Positions 39,584-51,637 of a stretch of 64,000 bases of DNA are shown one piece after another. Location of the stretch: contig NW_003314348.1 in assembly GCF_000143415.4 (NCBI RefSeq), forward strand, positions 310,422-374,421, given 5' to 3'. The notes beneath the pieces were generated by a model. The model was not told where the DNA came from. It ran no database searches and worked only from the letters and a program-made list of their open reading frames with translations. Made by a program: the position numbers and the translations under genes. Each line of letters begins with the position of its first letter. Position 1 is the stretch's first letter. The stretch comes from Selaginella moellendorffii (taxonomy: Eukaryota > Plantae > Lycopodiophyta).

Positions 39584-40886
39584 TCAAAACGGGACCAAAG
39601 AGACGCCTTTGCCATGATGCCAAGCCAAGCTCGTCTGCGTGAGAAAGGCTGCCAGCGACCACAAGGAGAAAATGCCCAGAAGTTGCAACGATGACAGGAG
39701 CATCTGTAGCGAGCTCGTAATCGCCGTGGTCTGCACTGATGCCTCCAGTGTTTTCATGGAAAATATAAGCCCCGCGACAAGCTGTGCTGCTCTGTTTAGC
39801 TGGTGAAGACGATAAACCTGGAATATCAAGCTTTACAAGCTGGCCTCTACGAAAAACTCATTGCCAAGCAAACCTGGAAAATCATCGGTACTAGAGGTCG
39901 AATCGATGGCTTGTCTTCGGCAAACTTCTCTCCGCAAAATTGCACCACCAGCCCCGACACATATGGAACTAGAGCAGCGATGGCCGCGGGGCCCGTATAC
40001 TTCCAGGCCACGAAGAAACTCGAAACAGCCAAGACCGTGGAGAGAGCGGTGCATACCGTGGCCGACACATTGTATCCCCAAGTGTAGGAAGCAGCAGCTA
40101 AAGCATCGCCTTTGGAACCGCGAACACGAACAGGTCCTCGAAACTTATGAGCAACGAAAAGGAATGCTGATACTCCGATGTAAAAGTAGGCTTCCGTGAA
40201 GAACAAAATGATAAAATCTGCATTCACGAGAGAGATTAAGTCGATCTCAATGGAGATGGAAAAAAGAAAAGCGAGACAGAAGAAAGATGGTGAGAAGTAC
40301 CTGTTACTACTGTATCGTCGAGAAGATATTCAAAGACGGTCCGAAAAACGTATGGCGGTAGCACGACCGAAGCAACCAGCACAAAAGGTCCAAGCAGCCA
40401 GAGAAGCGATCGTCGCTTCACTCCTGTGAGCAAACGATCTTCTCCAGCAGCTCCGCTATAGAACGAAACGAATCCAGTTTTGCCGCTGATATCTGCGTCC
40501 TCCAAAAACTCCAAGTCGATGTGATCGGGTTCTTGAGAAGCTGCTGCTACTTCTTCTCCAGCAGGGTTCTCTTGCGAGTCGAATTCTTGCGGGCTGTTGC
40601 TGCTCGTCACCTCGTCTTTCAGAGAGACTCCACGAGACAACCGGCATTTTGATCCACCTCGGAGTCGTTCCAGTCGCGAAGCTGGGGTGATCAATCGGGA
40701 AGAAACGTTTGGAGCAACGGCAGTGAGTCGACTCGAGAGGTTTGGAGTAGCGGCAATCCTTCCTTTTAGCTTGAGCGAGCTCCTGGACCCGGTCTTTAAT
40801 CGCGCTAGCTCGCTACTCCCGATAGCGTACCTGTTATACGCTGGTTGCGCCGGGAGCAAGAGCGCCGGGGCAGCCAATCCTGCCAT
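39584..40886 (-). CDS. Conserved multi-pass membrane protein with probable plastid transit peptide (similar to the Arabidopsis At5g63040 family as recalled), 3 exons
   Basis: KTGFVSFY, LLWLLGPFVLVAS..PP, DFIILFFTEA..Y, FQVYRLHQLNRAAQLV; S/R/A-rich N-terminus. Confidence 0.75.
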
Positions 40887-41156
40887 TACCACGACCGCGA
40901 CCACGATCGACGCCTACGCCACGTCCATTCCCTGCAAAATCTCGTGATTTCTAACGCCCTAGCATGGAACACCTTCTTACAGGGAATGCGCGCAACTCTC
41001 TCGCCAAGCCCTAACAACAATGTTCATGCCAGCCACGTGTCATAAGGTTCCAGCTTGGACGACACGTGTATCCAACGTGTCATGGCATTTTTGTAAACGC
41101 TGTCCTGAGATTCGGGCTTTTAGATCAAAGATTTTTTCTTGACAGCAACGGCGGCT

Positions 41157-41492
41157 GAATATTCGATGGGGACAGTGACGCGCGAATATTCGCGCTGGGG
41201 ACCACGCACGATGGATGAATATTCACCACCCATTACCAATGAGAATATACTCACTGAGAGCAAATAAATCGTGGCGCCATAGAAAACGATTATAGCCCAA
41301 ATCTGTGAACGAGAGTCGCACACAAAAACTATAGTCCCCAAACTAGAAAGGCGACAAAGCCTGGAGAAATACCGGCATGCCGTACAAAGATTCCACGGTC
41401 CGTACTGGGCCCGCATCATCACGAATATGCTTCTGCGCCGCGGCATATTCGGCGGGATAAGTATATGCTGCTCTTTTACGAAACGAATATTC
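41157..41492. promoter_or_regulatory. Cluster of 8 P1BS (GNATATNC, PHR1-binding) elements
   Basis: Sites at 41157, 41184, 41217, 41243, 41423, 41443, 41461, 41485. Confidence 0.8.
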
Positions 41493-41658
41493 GCTCGGCG
41501 ACACACAAAAAGAGGGCGGGGGAGCGCGGTTTGGTGATTTTTTGTTGATGCTTTGCGCAGCGGCTGTAGGATTTTTGATCAATTGCGCGGATGGGCGTCA
41601 CGGAGCTCCAGGCGAGGTGAGGCTCTAGGGGAGATCTTCCCGAAAATTCGATGCTATC

Positions 41659-42889
41659 ATGTCTGGCATTTGTGGGAATGATCTTTCGGCTTCATTGTCC
41701 CACAGCGTCAAGGCGCTGGTGAGATCCGGGGGTGAATTCAACCAGGACAAGGCGTGCTCCACATTCTACTACGTTCCATCGTCGGGCGAGGCATCGGCGC
41801 ATCTCTCCGCCTCCGGGCTTGGAAACGATCAAAAGCCGCGGTTGCGATGGACGCCGGAGCTGCATGATCAGTTTGTCAAGGCCGTGGCGCAGCTCGGTGG
41901 CCCCGAGAGTCCGTAGTTTTCTCTCTTCAGAGTTTTTACTTTGGTTTTTTACTAACCAAAAGAACGTTTGATTTCAGAAGCTACACCAAAGTCGGTCCTG
42001 AAGCTAATGGGCGTTCAAGGACTAACACTTTACCATCTCAAGAGCCATCTCCAGGTAAAAAAAATCTCGTTTTTCTGGAGGATTGGACGCAATTTTTCCT
42101 GTGATCGTAGAAGTATAGACTTGGAATGCAAATACCCCGACCCGAGACTAGCGGCGATGGTAAAAAAATCTCTTTTTCCCGCTTCTTGTCGTTGTTTCGA
42201 GCTCACAAGCAACAATTCATCAACAGGCAGGAGTAACTCCGAGGACAGCAGCAAACAACAAGAGTGAGCATTTAATTCATTGATCTTGGCCGATCTTGGA
42301 AAATCAAAACTTTGATGGTTTTCCACCAGGAGTTTGCCTCTCACGCAGATAATTGCGGTGCACGCGGAGGTCGAGAAGAAACTCCGGGAGCAGATGGAGG
42401 TAATGACTAAGTTCGTGGAGGATCCATTCTCATTTTGATTGGTGATTTTACACGATCCACGGACAGATCCAGCAGCAGCTACAGGCCCGGATCGACGAGC
42501 AATGCCAGCACCTGTACAAGCTGATGGAGAGCGCGAGCCCTCAGAAGAAATCGATCATGGCGGACCTGGAGGCCGCTCGAAAGCTCCAGCTCGACGGCAT
42601 CATGGAGCTGTCCAAGATGTACTCGGGGCTCCAGAGCGCGGTGGAGCAGCACGGCAAGCTGGATCAAGCGACGAGCAACAACACCGCGGGGATCAAGAGG
42701 CGCCCCAGCGACGATGATCCCCAACGCCAGCTCGAGGAGGAGCAAGAGAGGGTGACGAAGTCGCTAGTGCAGTGGAAGAAGGAGCCAGTGTGGGATGACG
42801 ACGAAGCGCAGCATGCATCAGGCTCCACTGCCGAGATCTCGACGGGGCTCAATCTCAGTAGCGGTCGCGGCTTAGACTTGAATGGCTAG
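41659..42889 (+). CDS. MYB-CC (PHR1-like) transcription factor with divergent coiled coil and C-terminal LDLN motif
   Basis: [65 protein letters not shown]; typical MYB-CC intron positions. Confidence 0.9.
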
Positions 42890-44463
42890 CTAAGATAGAG
42901 CTCCACGAAAAAAGGGTGAACAAGTAAAAGCCCTAAAAGCGAGAGGAAATGATTCGATTCTCGAGAGCAAAAGAAAAAGATTCCATTTGGTGCGGTTCCA
43001 CTGTCCCGGAAAGAAAGAAAAAAGATGCGGCAAAACTTTGTGAGATTCCTCTTGCTTATGTTAATTCCAGAGGATGAACTGTACGGATACGTTGATCTTT
43101 TTCTGCATGACAGTTACTGATTGCCGAAGGGAATTGACCTAAAGCCTGGATGGATTGAAGCGAATGCGACGAAGAGCCCATTCGTGCATTGCAATGACAC
43201 AATGTTCGTTTGCAAGATAAGGTGGGGAGGGCCCAATCCCTAATAAACCCCTGGACTGCATCTATATCTACACCAAGAGAGGGACAAGACGCGAGCAAAA
43301 AGGTGTATTTATACTGACAATTTCTTGTCAATAGATTACATTAGTCTGGACATTTGGTGATTTACAAAGTGGTGGTTTTGGAATCTCTTGCGAATTGTTT
43401 GAGCGTAATGATAATGTTGAACTTGCATGATTGATGACCTGTAGGCGCACCAGAGGAGAAGCATGGGAGAACCTTCTGCCAAGAATTGCGTGGTTTGCGA
43501 GATTATATATATCCATCTTCCAATCCATGTCTATATGAATGAAGCCATAAAGGTGGCAGCGATCCACCATATGTCTGGATGGATCGAGAAGGTGGCGTAC
43601 GAGGGTGAGAATCGTACTAGTGACAACGTTTTTAGGGTTATCGTCTATCGTGGCTTGTGTTTCTTGGTCTGGTTAACGAAAAAAGGGAAAAAAATGTTAA
43701 GATACATTTTGATATGTGGGAGGCTTTCCATCTCGCAAGCAACGTAATGCATTAAAGTTCAAAAGAGGAACTTAGCTTAATTGAAAAGCCACCGGCTGCG
43801 CCAGCCACGTGTCGGTGGGCACCAGTTTTTTTGTTAATAATTTTTTTCTTCGCCTTGTGTTCCGCCATAGCCATCGAGCTCGCTCCCTGCTTCGCGTCCC
43901 CGCATTTCACTTCGATTTCTCTCTCCAGCAGGCGGCGCATCAATCTCTACAGTGCAACGATCTGGATTTCGACCATTGAGCGTTCCATCGCAGGTCAAGG
44001 AGGGAATTCGCAGGAATTGGCGGGCATCTCCCCTTCCAGCAGGGGCGCCAGACTCTCGCAGGGGACGGTAGCAGCTTCAATTCTTGCGCTCCAAGGCTGG
44101 AATCTTGGGGCTAAGATCGCAAGAATTTCTAGATTACTGTAGCATTCTCGGAGCTTCCTCTTGGTTCTAGCGCCGTTCCCTCTTCGCTCTTTCTTCTTCT
44201 TCTTCTCCTTCCTCCTCCTTAATGTGTATCTCTGGAAAGCGAATTTCCAAGCGGTTAGGGTTCTAGCCTAGAGGATCGCGAACTCGCTCGCTCGCTCGCC
44301 TAGAAATTTTTCTGTTCCCTGGGATTTTTTTCTTCTTTTTTTCTCAATTTTTTCTCATTCGACAGGCGGTATACTATATCACAAAGATTATTAGTTGGCA
44401 AGGCCTTATCCAAATCTGTGATGTCCGTATCGCGCGTTTTGGGTTGTAGCGTCTACAGCCGAA

Positions 44464-45937
44464 ATGCTGTATGAGGCTCTCAAGCAATCCACGACAAAGA
44501 TGTCGCAACACCAAAGGCCGTCGCTTCCATCTCCTTCCCCGCATCATCACCAAGCGCTGTCCGATCCACAGAGAATTGCGAGCGGCTCTTCTCCCGGCGC
44601 TACGAGCTCTGGCGGCGGAGGAGGAGCAAGCAACAACGCCGTCTCGAATGCGGCGGCCGCCGCCGCTAAGCAGCGCCTCCGATGGACGCCGGACCTTCAC
44701 GAGCGATTCGTAGAGGCTGTTGGGCAGCTGGGAGGAGCCGACAGTAAGTTTCTCTTAGATCTCCGCTCCGAAACACTGTTGTGTGTTGCTTTCGGTCAGG
44801 AGCTACTCCCAAGGGTGTTCTTCGCGTAATGGGCGTGCAAGGACTCACAATCTATCATGTCAAGAGTCATTTACAGGTAGGGGGTGATTGGTTTAGCTCG
44901 TTTTTTCTATCCTGTCCTCTGCCAGTGATCATGATCTCTGGTGTCTCCGCAGAAGTACCGACTTGCGAAGTACATACCAGATCCGATGGGCGATGGTAAG
45001 TGTTCAACTAGTTAGATTTTCTGACCGGTCTGCTTCCTGTGCTTGAATGCATGGGAATGGCCCCGAGGGAATCCAGTTTGGAATTAAACTATGTCTGACA
45101 GGGAAATCGGACAAAAGGAGGCACCCGGATTTGCCGAGTCTCGGAGGATCGTAAGTTGGTGAATGGGTTTTTTCATGTAAACTTGCTACAACTCCCCCTC
45201 TCCTCTCAACAGTGTTCAGATCAACGAGGCATTGCGTATGCAAATGGAGGTACAAAAGAGACTTCAGGAGCAGCTCGAGGTAAGCTCTTTTCCGTGCTTT
45301 TATGATTTCTTCTCCTCCCGCGAGGACAGAGGGACACCGACTTAATATGCCCTGGATGGAAAAACCTGAAACGCAGGTGCAACGGCACCTGCAATTGCGA
45401 ATCGAAGCGCAAGGGAAGTACCTGCAGAAAATTATTGACGAGCAGAAGAAGATGAGTGGGGGTCTTGACAACCAGCCAGGTGCCAGTCCCGGATCGACGC
45501 AAGTTTTTAGCTCAGATATAACAGTCCAAGGCTCAGATCTCAAATACGAATTGACCGAGAGCGTACCAGGTCTGATGGATCCACCAGGAGGAGGGGGAGG
45601 TGGAGGTGGAGGAGGAGCTTTGCCAGCGATCACATCAGCGCTTTCGGCACTGGGATCAATGGCAGCTAACAACAGTTTGTCGCGAGAAAACTCGCCGGCG
45701 TCAGTCCCAAATCCTTTGGGAGCCAGTTACACTTTACTCAACAACAACAACAACAACAACAACAACATTAGGACCGATGACGCGGTAGTAGTATCACCGA
45801 GACACCAGGAATCAGTAGAAGAGTATCTCCATTCGAAATCTTTACAACAGCAGCAGCAACAGCAGTCTTACCTCCATTCGAGTTATTTGCAGTGTAACAC
45901 AGCAGGTATGCTTTTCAATCCTGTTTCCAGGAATTAA
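44464..45937 (+). CDS. MYB-CC (PHL7/PHL2-like) transcription factor
   Basis: [86 protein letters not shown]; 3' end may be further spliced. Confidence 0.9.
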
Positions 45938-46179
45938 GTTGGTTTCTGTTTTGGTGCAGGCAGGCTTCCATGACCACAAGACTGGCGAGAGTTTTCTGTA
46001 ATATGTAGGAGCTCTATAGCCGCCGCAGCAAACGACTTTGTCCACTTTGGTACGATCGTTTCTTGCCGCTTGTTGAAAGAATTGAGACTTTTGTAACCGC
46101 GGTCCTGCTGTATTTTTTTTTTTTTCTTCTAGACTTCTAGAATGGGAGAACGAGAAAAATATTATATCGGAGAGAAAGC

Positions 46180-48510
46180 CTACCAAAAGTCGGCGCAAGC
46201 GCACGCTCCATCTTGAAAGTGGTGAAAGCGATGAGCATCTCTCACAGTGATCGCCCTCTTGGCGATCCGGGACATGAACTTCGTGGCGGTGTGGCAGTCG
46301 GTGCACATCCGCAAGTTCTTCACCACGAAGAGAGGATCGCTCCTCCCGCGAGTGCTGATCATCCCAAACACCACCGCCAGCTTCTCGCTGTGGAAGCTCA
46401 GCGATTGCTCCTTCTCCTCGTCGTCGAAGTCGTGGAGTACGTTGCTCGTATCGGGTACGTATCCGGCCTCTCTCATCTTTGCATTGAAACTGTGGAGCTC
46501 GTCCAGGATCGCGCTGATTTCGGGGTGGTTTTTCCCTCCCGCCACGAACTCGTGAGCTCTACCTTTGATCGTGATGCTACTTAGACCCGCGGGCTTTCTT
46601 AAACGCCTGGCGTCCATAGCCTTCCTCACGGAAATCCCATCGCCGTGCTTACCAGCGGCATCGTAGAGCCTTGAGAGTAGCACGTACGGAGAGGAGCACA
46701 CCGGGTTGGCATTTGTGGCCCGGTGGGCGAGCCTGGCGCCACGGCCCACGTCTCCGTACGTACGGCAGCCCGCGAGGAGGGACTTCCACGCGGTGTATTC
46801 CGGCTGGAATGGCATGGCGTCCAGGAGATCCTCGCCGTCCATCAGTTGGCCCGTTCTGGCCAGAAGATCCACCATGCATGTGTAGTGGGCCGCGTGTGGA
46901 GCGAGCGCGAAATCTCCGACCAGCGAGAGGAAGTAGCGGTGCCCGAGATCGAGGAGGCCGGCGTGGCTGCAGGCGCTGACGATCGAGACGAATGTGACGG
47001 CGTCGGGATGGATCCCGGAGAGAATCGCGCGCTGGAAGAGATCGGCAGCTTCGCTGGCGCGGCCGCTCTGGGCGTAGGCGCCCAGCATCGCGTTGAGGAG
47101 GATCGCGTCGCAGAAGGCCATGGCGTCGAAGAGCGATCGCGCTTCGTCCAGGCGGCCGCATTTGGCGTAGAAGTTCACGAGCGCGGTGGCGAGGCTGGCC
47201 TCGACGAAGACGCTCTGGCTTGCAAGGAGGAGCTCTTCGTGGAGAAGTTTTCCCTCGCGCAGCGCCGTGAGGATCGTGCACGCATCCAGCGCGCTCACGA
47301 AGCTGATCCCGTCGGGGTGGATCCCTTCCAGATCCATGCCCGCGAAGATCCCCAGCGCCTGGCGAGCGTGGCCGTTCTGGGAGAACGCCGCCAGGAGCGC
47401 GTTCCAGGAGATCACGTCGCGCAGATCCCCGGCGCTGTCGAAGAGATCCTTGGCGCGAGCAATCTCGCCGTGGAGGCCATAGGCCGCGATCATCGCATTC
47501 ACCGCTGCCGCGTCCTTGATCGGGATCGCCTCGAACAGATCCCGGGCCTCTTGCAAGAAGCCGCTGTGGGCGAAGGCGGTGACGATCGCTGTCCAGATCA
47601 CTACGTCCGTGAGCGGCATCCGCTTGAAGAGATCCCACGCCCGGTGGAGATCGCCGCTGTGGACGCAGCCCTGGATCATCGCGATCCAGGATACCATGTC
47701 CCGGAAGGGCAGCGCCTGGAAGAGCTCAAGCGCGTCGGGGAGGCGATGGTTGCGACCCATCCCCGAGATCAAGGCGTTCCAGCACACCTCGTTCCACTGC
47801 GGCATCAAACCAAAGAGCTCGGTTGCGTTGTCAAGATGCCCGGCTTGGGCATATCCTGCAACCATGGTATTCCACGTCACCACGTTTCGTACGGGCGCCC
47901 GGTCAAAGATCTCTCGCGCGTGGGTACACAGGCATCTCTGTGTGTAACCCGCGATTAGCACATTCCACGTCGCTGCGTCGCGGATTTTCATGGTATTGAA
48001 GAGATTCCTTGCCTTGGCCAAGTTCCCCTGGCGGGCAAATGCTGAGATCAAGGTGTTATACGACACGGTGTTCTTGTACGGCATCTCGTCAAAGAAAAGC
48101 TTTGCATCTCGAAAGCTTCCATAGCGGGCGTAGGCAGAGAGCATCCCATTCCACGAGACGACGTCCTTGTTTGGCGTCCAATCGAAAGTTCTTGCTGCGA
48201 GAGCCAGATGCCCGTTCTGGGCATATGCTGCGACCATGACATTGTGAGAGAATGCGGTCGGGTTCCGGATAGAATCGAAGCAGGCGACGGCGTCGGCCAC
48301 GCAGCCGCATCGTCCGTACATCTGCACGAGTAATGTGCCCAGCAGGGTGTGGCGATCCGAGCCAAGCCGCCGGAGTTCCGAGTGGATGCGCTTGCCATTG
48401 GCGAGATCCCTGGACAGGCAGCACTGGCGAAGCGGCGACGCATATATCGATTCATCGCGGTGGCTGGATTCCTTGCAGAAAGATCGCCGAGCGATGTCCC
48501 GGCATTTCAT
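46180..48510 (-). CDS. PLS-E-DYW PPR RNA-editing factor (C-terminus DFW)
   Basis: 776-aa ORF; PG-box-like KPAGLS; HSEKLA; KNLRMCTDCH; RFHHF..G.CACADFW. Confidence 0.95.
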   Translation of the reverse strand: MKCRDIARRSFCKESSHRDESIYASPLRQCCLSRDLANGKRIHSELRRLGSDRHTLLGTLLVQMYGRCGCVADAVACFDSIRNPTAFSHNVMVAAYAQNGHLALAARTFDWTPNKDVVSWNGMLSAYARYGSFRDAKLFFDEMPYKNTVSYNTLISAFARQGNLAKARNLFNTMKIRDAATWNVLIAGYTQRCLCTHAREIFDRAPVRNVVTWNTMVAGYAQAGHLDNATELFGLMPQWNEVCWNALISGMGRNHRLPDALELFQALPFRDMVSWIAMIQGCVHSGDLHRAWDLFKRMPLTDVVIWTAIVTAFAHSGFLQEARDLFEAIPIKDAAAVNAMIAAYGLHGEIARAKDLFDSAGDLRDVISWNALLAAFSQNGHARQALGIFAGMDLEGIHPDGISFVSALDACTILTALREGKLLHEELLLASQSVFVEASLATALVNFYAKCGRLDEARSLFDAMAFCDAILLNAMLGAYAQSGRASEAADLFQRAILSGIHPDAVTFVSIVSACSHAGLLDLGHRYFLSLVGDFALAPHAAHYTCMVDLLARTGQLMDGEDLLDAMPFQPEYTAWKSLLAGCRTYGDVGRGARLAHRATNANPVCSSPYVLLSRLYDAAGKHGDGISVRKAMDARRLRKPAGLSSITIKGRAHEFVAGGKNHPEISAILDELHSFNAKMREAGYVPDTSNVLHDFDDEEKEQSLSFHSEKLAVVFGMISTRGRSDPLFVVKNLRMCTDCHTATKFMSRIAKRAITVRDAHRFHHFQDGACACADFW

Positions 48511-48645
48511 CTACATCCTCGCCATAGTAGAACGCCACGTCAGATGGCACATCAGCTAAATTTACTGGTGATGTGGCATGCCACGTTTTAGTTTTTGCTT
48601 AGTCATTAGAGGTTCATGTCATTAGGGTGCGGTGTAGGATAGAGC

Positions 48646-49416
48646 ATGGCGATGGCCACTACTACGGCTGGGGCGATGGCTTGCACGATGCCCCAAGCGC
48701 GGCATTACAATGCCGCTGGAATTTGTGGTAGAGTAGCCGCTCCTAGGGCTTGTCCACGGCCGATTTCGCGATCTCACGCTCTCGGAAGCACCAGCGCTGG
48801 AGGATTTCGGCCTCTCAGAGCAGTTGCGACTGCGGATCCAGCGGCTTCTTCTTCCCCATCGTCGGCAGTGCAACAGGTTCGTGATTTCTAGATTGATGGA
48901 AGAAAGCAAACACGAAATTGTGATTCCAGAAGAAGCAGTATCACTTCTTGCTGGCCAACGCGAAGTTCATGCTGGACGAGGAGGAGCATTTGCAGGAGCT
49001 CTTGAGAGAGCGCCTCCGGAACTACGACGAGCGTAACAAGGAGCAAGATTTCTGGCTGGTGATAGAGCCCAAGTTCGTGGAGAAATTCCCAGAGATGTCG
49101 GCTCGGCTCAACCGGCCCGCTGTGGCTCTCGTCTCCACTGACCCCGTCTGGATCACGTAAGTTCTTCTACGCTAGTTTTTCTTTCGCTCTCCTCTCTAAT
49201 CAATCGATCTTCGTGGATTGGATTGGATTCATGGAGCACAGATTCATGAAGCTCAGGATCGATCGCGTCTTGAAGGGCGTGATCGAGGCGGAAAGCTTGT
49301 CGGAAGTGGCGGAATCGAATCCAATCGACGTCCAGTTCGATCGGCCGGACAAATGGACAGCGCCATATCCAAAGTATGAGACTGGATGGTGGACTCCATT
49401 TTTGCCCCCAAAGTAA
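48646..49416 (+). CDS. YCF54: Ycf54 / LCAA, Mg-protoporphyrin monomethyl ester cyclase auxiliary protein, 3 exons
   Basis: ANAKFMLDEEEH.QELLRER..DFWLVIEPKF..RPAVALVSTD..WITFMKLR; WTAPYPKYE.GWW; transit peptide. Confidence 0.93.
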
Positions 49417-50020
49417 ATGCGGGAGAATATTCCGCGAACGTTTTCACTCGCATATGCTCCAGAATCTTGCCTTGTAGCATATACTCTAGAATCTTGCGAC
49501 ACGTGTATCAATGACATTGCAACGTTTAGGCTAAATATCCACAAAGCAATTTGGGCGGGGCGATTTTTCCAGTTCGCGCGCGAGCGCGGCAAGCGATTTG
49601 TCGGAATCGAACCCTGATTTTCAGTTTGTCTTTCTTGCTGGGGCGGCGCTCGTGGTTCCTCGCGATTGATCGATCCATCCATCGTCCATCGGCCACCAGG
49701 TTAGTTTTTTAGGTCTTCCATCCATCTGCGCCATCTTCTTGCACAGTGGAATCAAAAGGATTTCCTCTCTTTTCTTTCCTTTCTTCCTTTTTTTCTCGGT
49801 CTCTTGGGATGATTAGGACAGGGTTTTACTTTTGACCGTGATAGCATTTTCTTTTGTGGGTCGATCCATCCGTTCTACGGCACTGTAAAGTCATTTAGTC
49901 AGAAGAGAGCTAAAAAATCGTTTTTTTTTTGTTCTTTGCTAGGCTGCATTCGATCTATAGCACTGTTTAGTCAGAAGAGAGCTATAAAATTTGTTCTTTG
50001 TTAGGCAGAAGGAGAGAAGT

Positions 50021-51010
50021 ATGCATTCAAATAGTCTTCTCAAGGCGGCACTCAAGCACAGGAATCTGCCACCCAACGTAATAGCAAAGCGAGAGAACGA
50101 GGTTTCTGACGGGGAAGGCTCTGCAAACTCGCCCTCTCAACCGGCGGTGAAGAAGGCCGCCATCGCCGCTCCTCCTCCGCCTCCTCCGGTGGTCAAGAGA
50201 TCCTGCCTTTGCGCGCCGACGAGCCATCCCGGATCGTTTCGCTGCCGCTTCCACCGCTCCAGGCAGAGGCAATGGGCTGGGAGGCCTCTCAGCTCCGCGA
50301 TCAAGACATTGCCAAGGCCGAGCACCAGCGAAGGCGTGTTGTCATCATCGTCCAGCACCGCCACCACCACCACCACCACCACCACCACCAGCAGTAGCAA
50401 AGGGGCTGTTCTTCCTTTTAAGAAGTTCGTCCCGGTGCGAAGCAGCATTAGTGCGCATGAGACAACGAGGCCGAGCAGGCTGAGTCGAATGGAAGTTGCT
50501 GCTTCAGTAAGTTCCAACTCTGAGACAAGTGCTTCTCGGTGAGTTTTTCCTTGTCTAGAGTTTTCTCATTATCTTTCGGATGCACATGTGTTCTTTCGAA
50601 TCACGTTGGATAGTTTCTCAAGGTTGTGCGAATTGCGAATGCAGGTGTAGCACACCCGGAAGCTGCAATTTGGATGCGACGGTGTCACAACTGGAGCAGA
50701 TCGTCAAGGATGAAGGTGAGTTTTACGTTCTTTTTTCGTGTCTTGAGTTTGATCCAGAACGAGAGAATGTTTTTGTGAGATTCAGGGAGCGCCGAGAAGG
50801 TTCAGGATGTGGTTGAAATCACGAGCAATACTGCAGTCCTCGAAGACGACTACAAATGTGCCTTGCGAGTCATTCAAATCTCCCAGACCGCCTCCGAGTT
50901 TGCTACGGACCATCCAGTAAGAAACTGACAGCCGTGGTTTTAGCTCAACTTGTTCTCTTCATTCTTCTTTTTTTTTCCCCTTCTCTCAGGTTGAAGTAGC
51001 CAGCTTGTGA
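50021..51010 (+). CDS. Serine-rich protein with CxCxPTxHPGSFRCxxH motif, 4 exons
   Basis: Motif CLCAPTSHPGSFRCRFHR; GT-AG introns give a continuous frame to TGA at 51008-51010. Confidence 0.7.
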
Positions 51011-51170
51011 GCTCTGATTCTTCCTTTAGTGTACATACAATCTTCATAAATACATAAAAAAGTATTCGGTGAGCATGTAGTTATTCTCAAGTTTAATCAA
51101 CGCTTTCAAAGAAACAATTCATACAAATTTTATCATACAAATTTTATTGATCGTAGTTGTGCGCACAATT

Positions 51171-51637
51171 CTATCCGCTGTTTACGAGGGCTAGCAGCAG
51201 CGCGAGAAGAACAAGGAGGAGGCGAGTAATCTGCGTTGGATCGGGAAGCTGTGGAGCGCAAGCTAGCAGCTGATTTATCACAGTGGTGAGCAAGGGAAGA
51301 CTGGATGCACCGACAGGAGCCAGATTTCCCGAAAGTAATGCGAGCAGGATGCTCGAGAGCTGTTGCACCAGCGCCGAGATTGATCCTCCATTCAGGAAGG
51401 ACTGCAAGATGGGGAGCACATTCGCAGTGAGAGACTCGTCGGCTCCGCCAACTGTGAGGAGGAGATCCTGGAGGGCTGCTGTCGAGCAATTGCCTGAAGT
51501 CGGACTTGGTGCTGCCATAGTTCACACTTAAGCTTAAAGAAAAGAAAGAGAGAAAAGAGCTGCAAACCTGTCTGCGCAACGGATGAATTGATCATATACA
51601 CCAGAACTACAAGAACCATAGTCATTACTCGCGCCAT
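51171..51637 (-). CDS. Small secreted hydrophobic protein, copy 1 (exons 51637-51568, 51511-51171)
   Basis: Signal-peptide-like MARVMTMVLVVLVYMINSSVA; TATA-like upstream; paralog at 52734-53243 with same intron position. Confidence 0.75.

Noticed and set aside
43050-43620. C/D snoRNA cluster or gene fragment between the MYB-CC genes
   Set aside because: Only imperfect C-box/CTGA matches; no rRNA guide or protein motif recognised
46723-47958. 411-aa plus-strand ORF and other ORFs antisense to PPR, NPH3 and TF genes
   Set aside because: Shadow ORFs of GC-rich coding sequence
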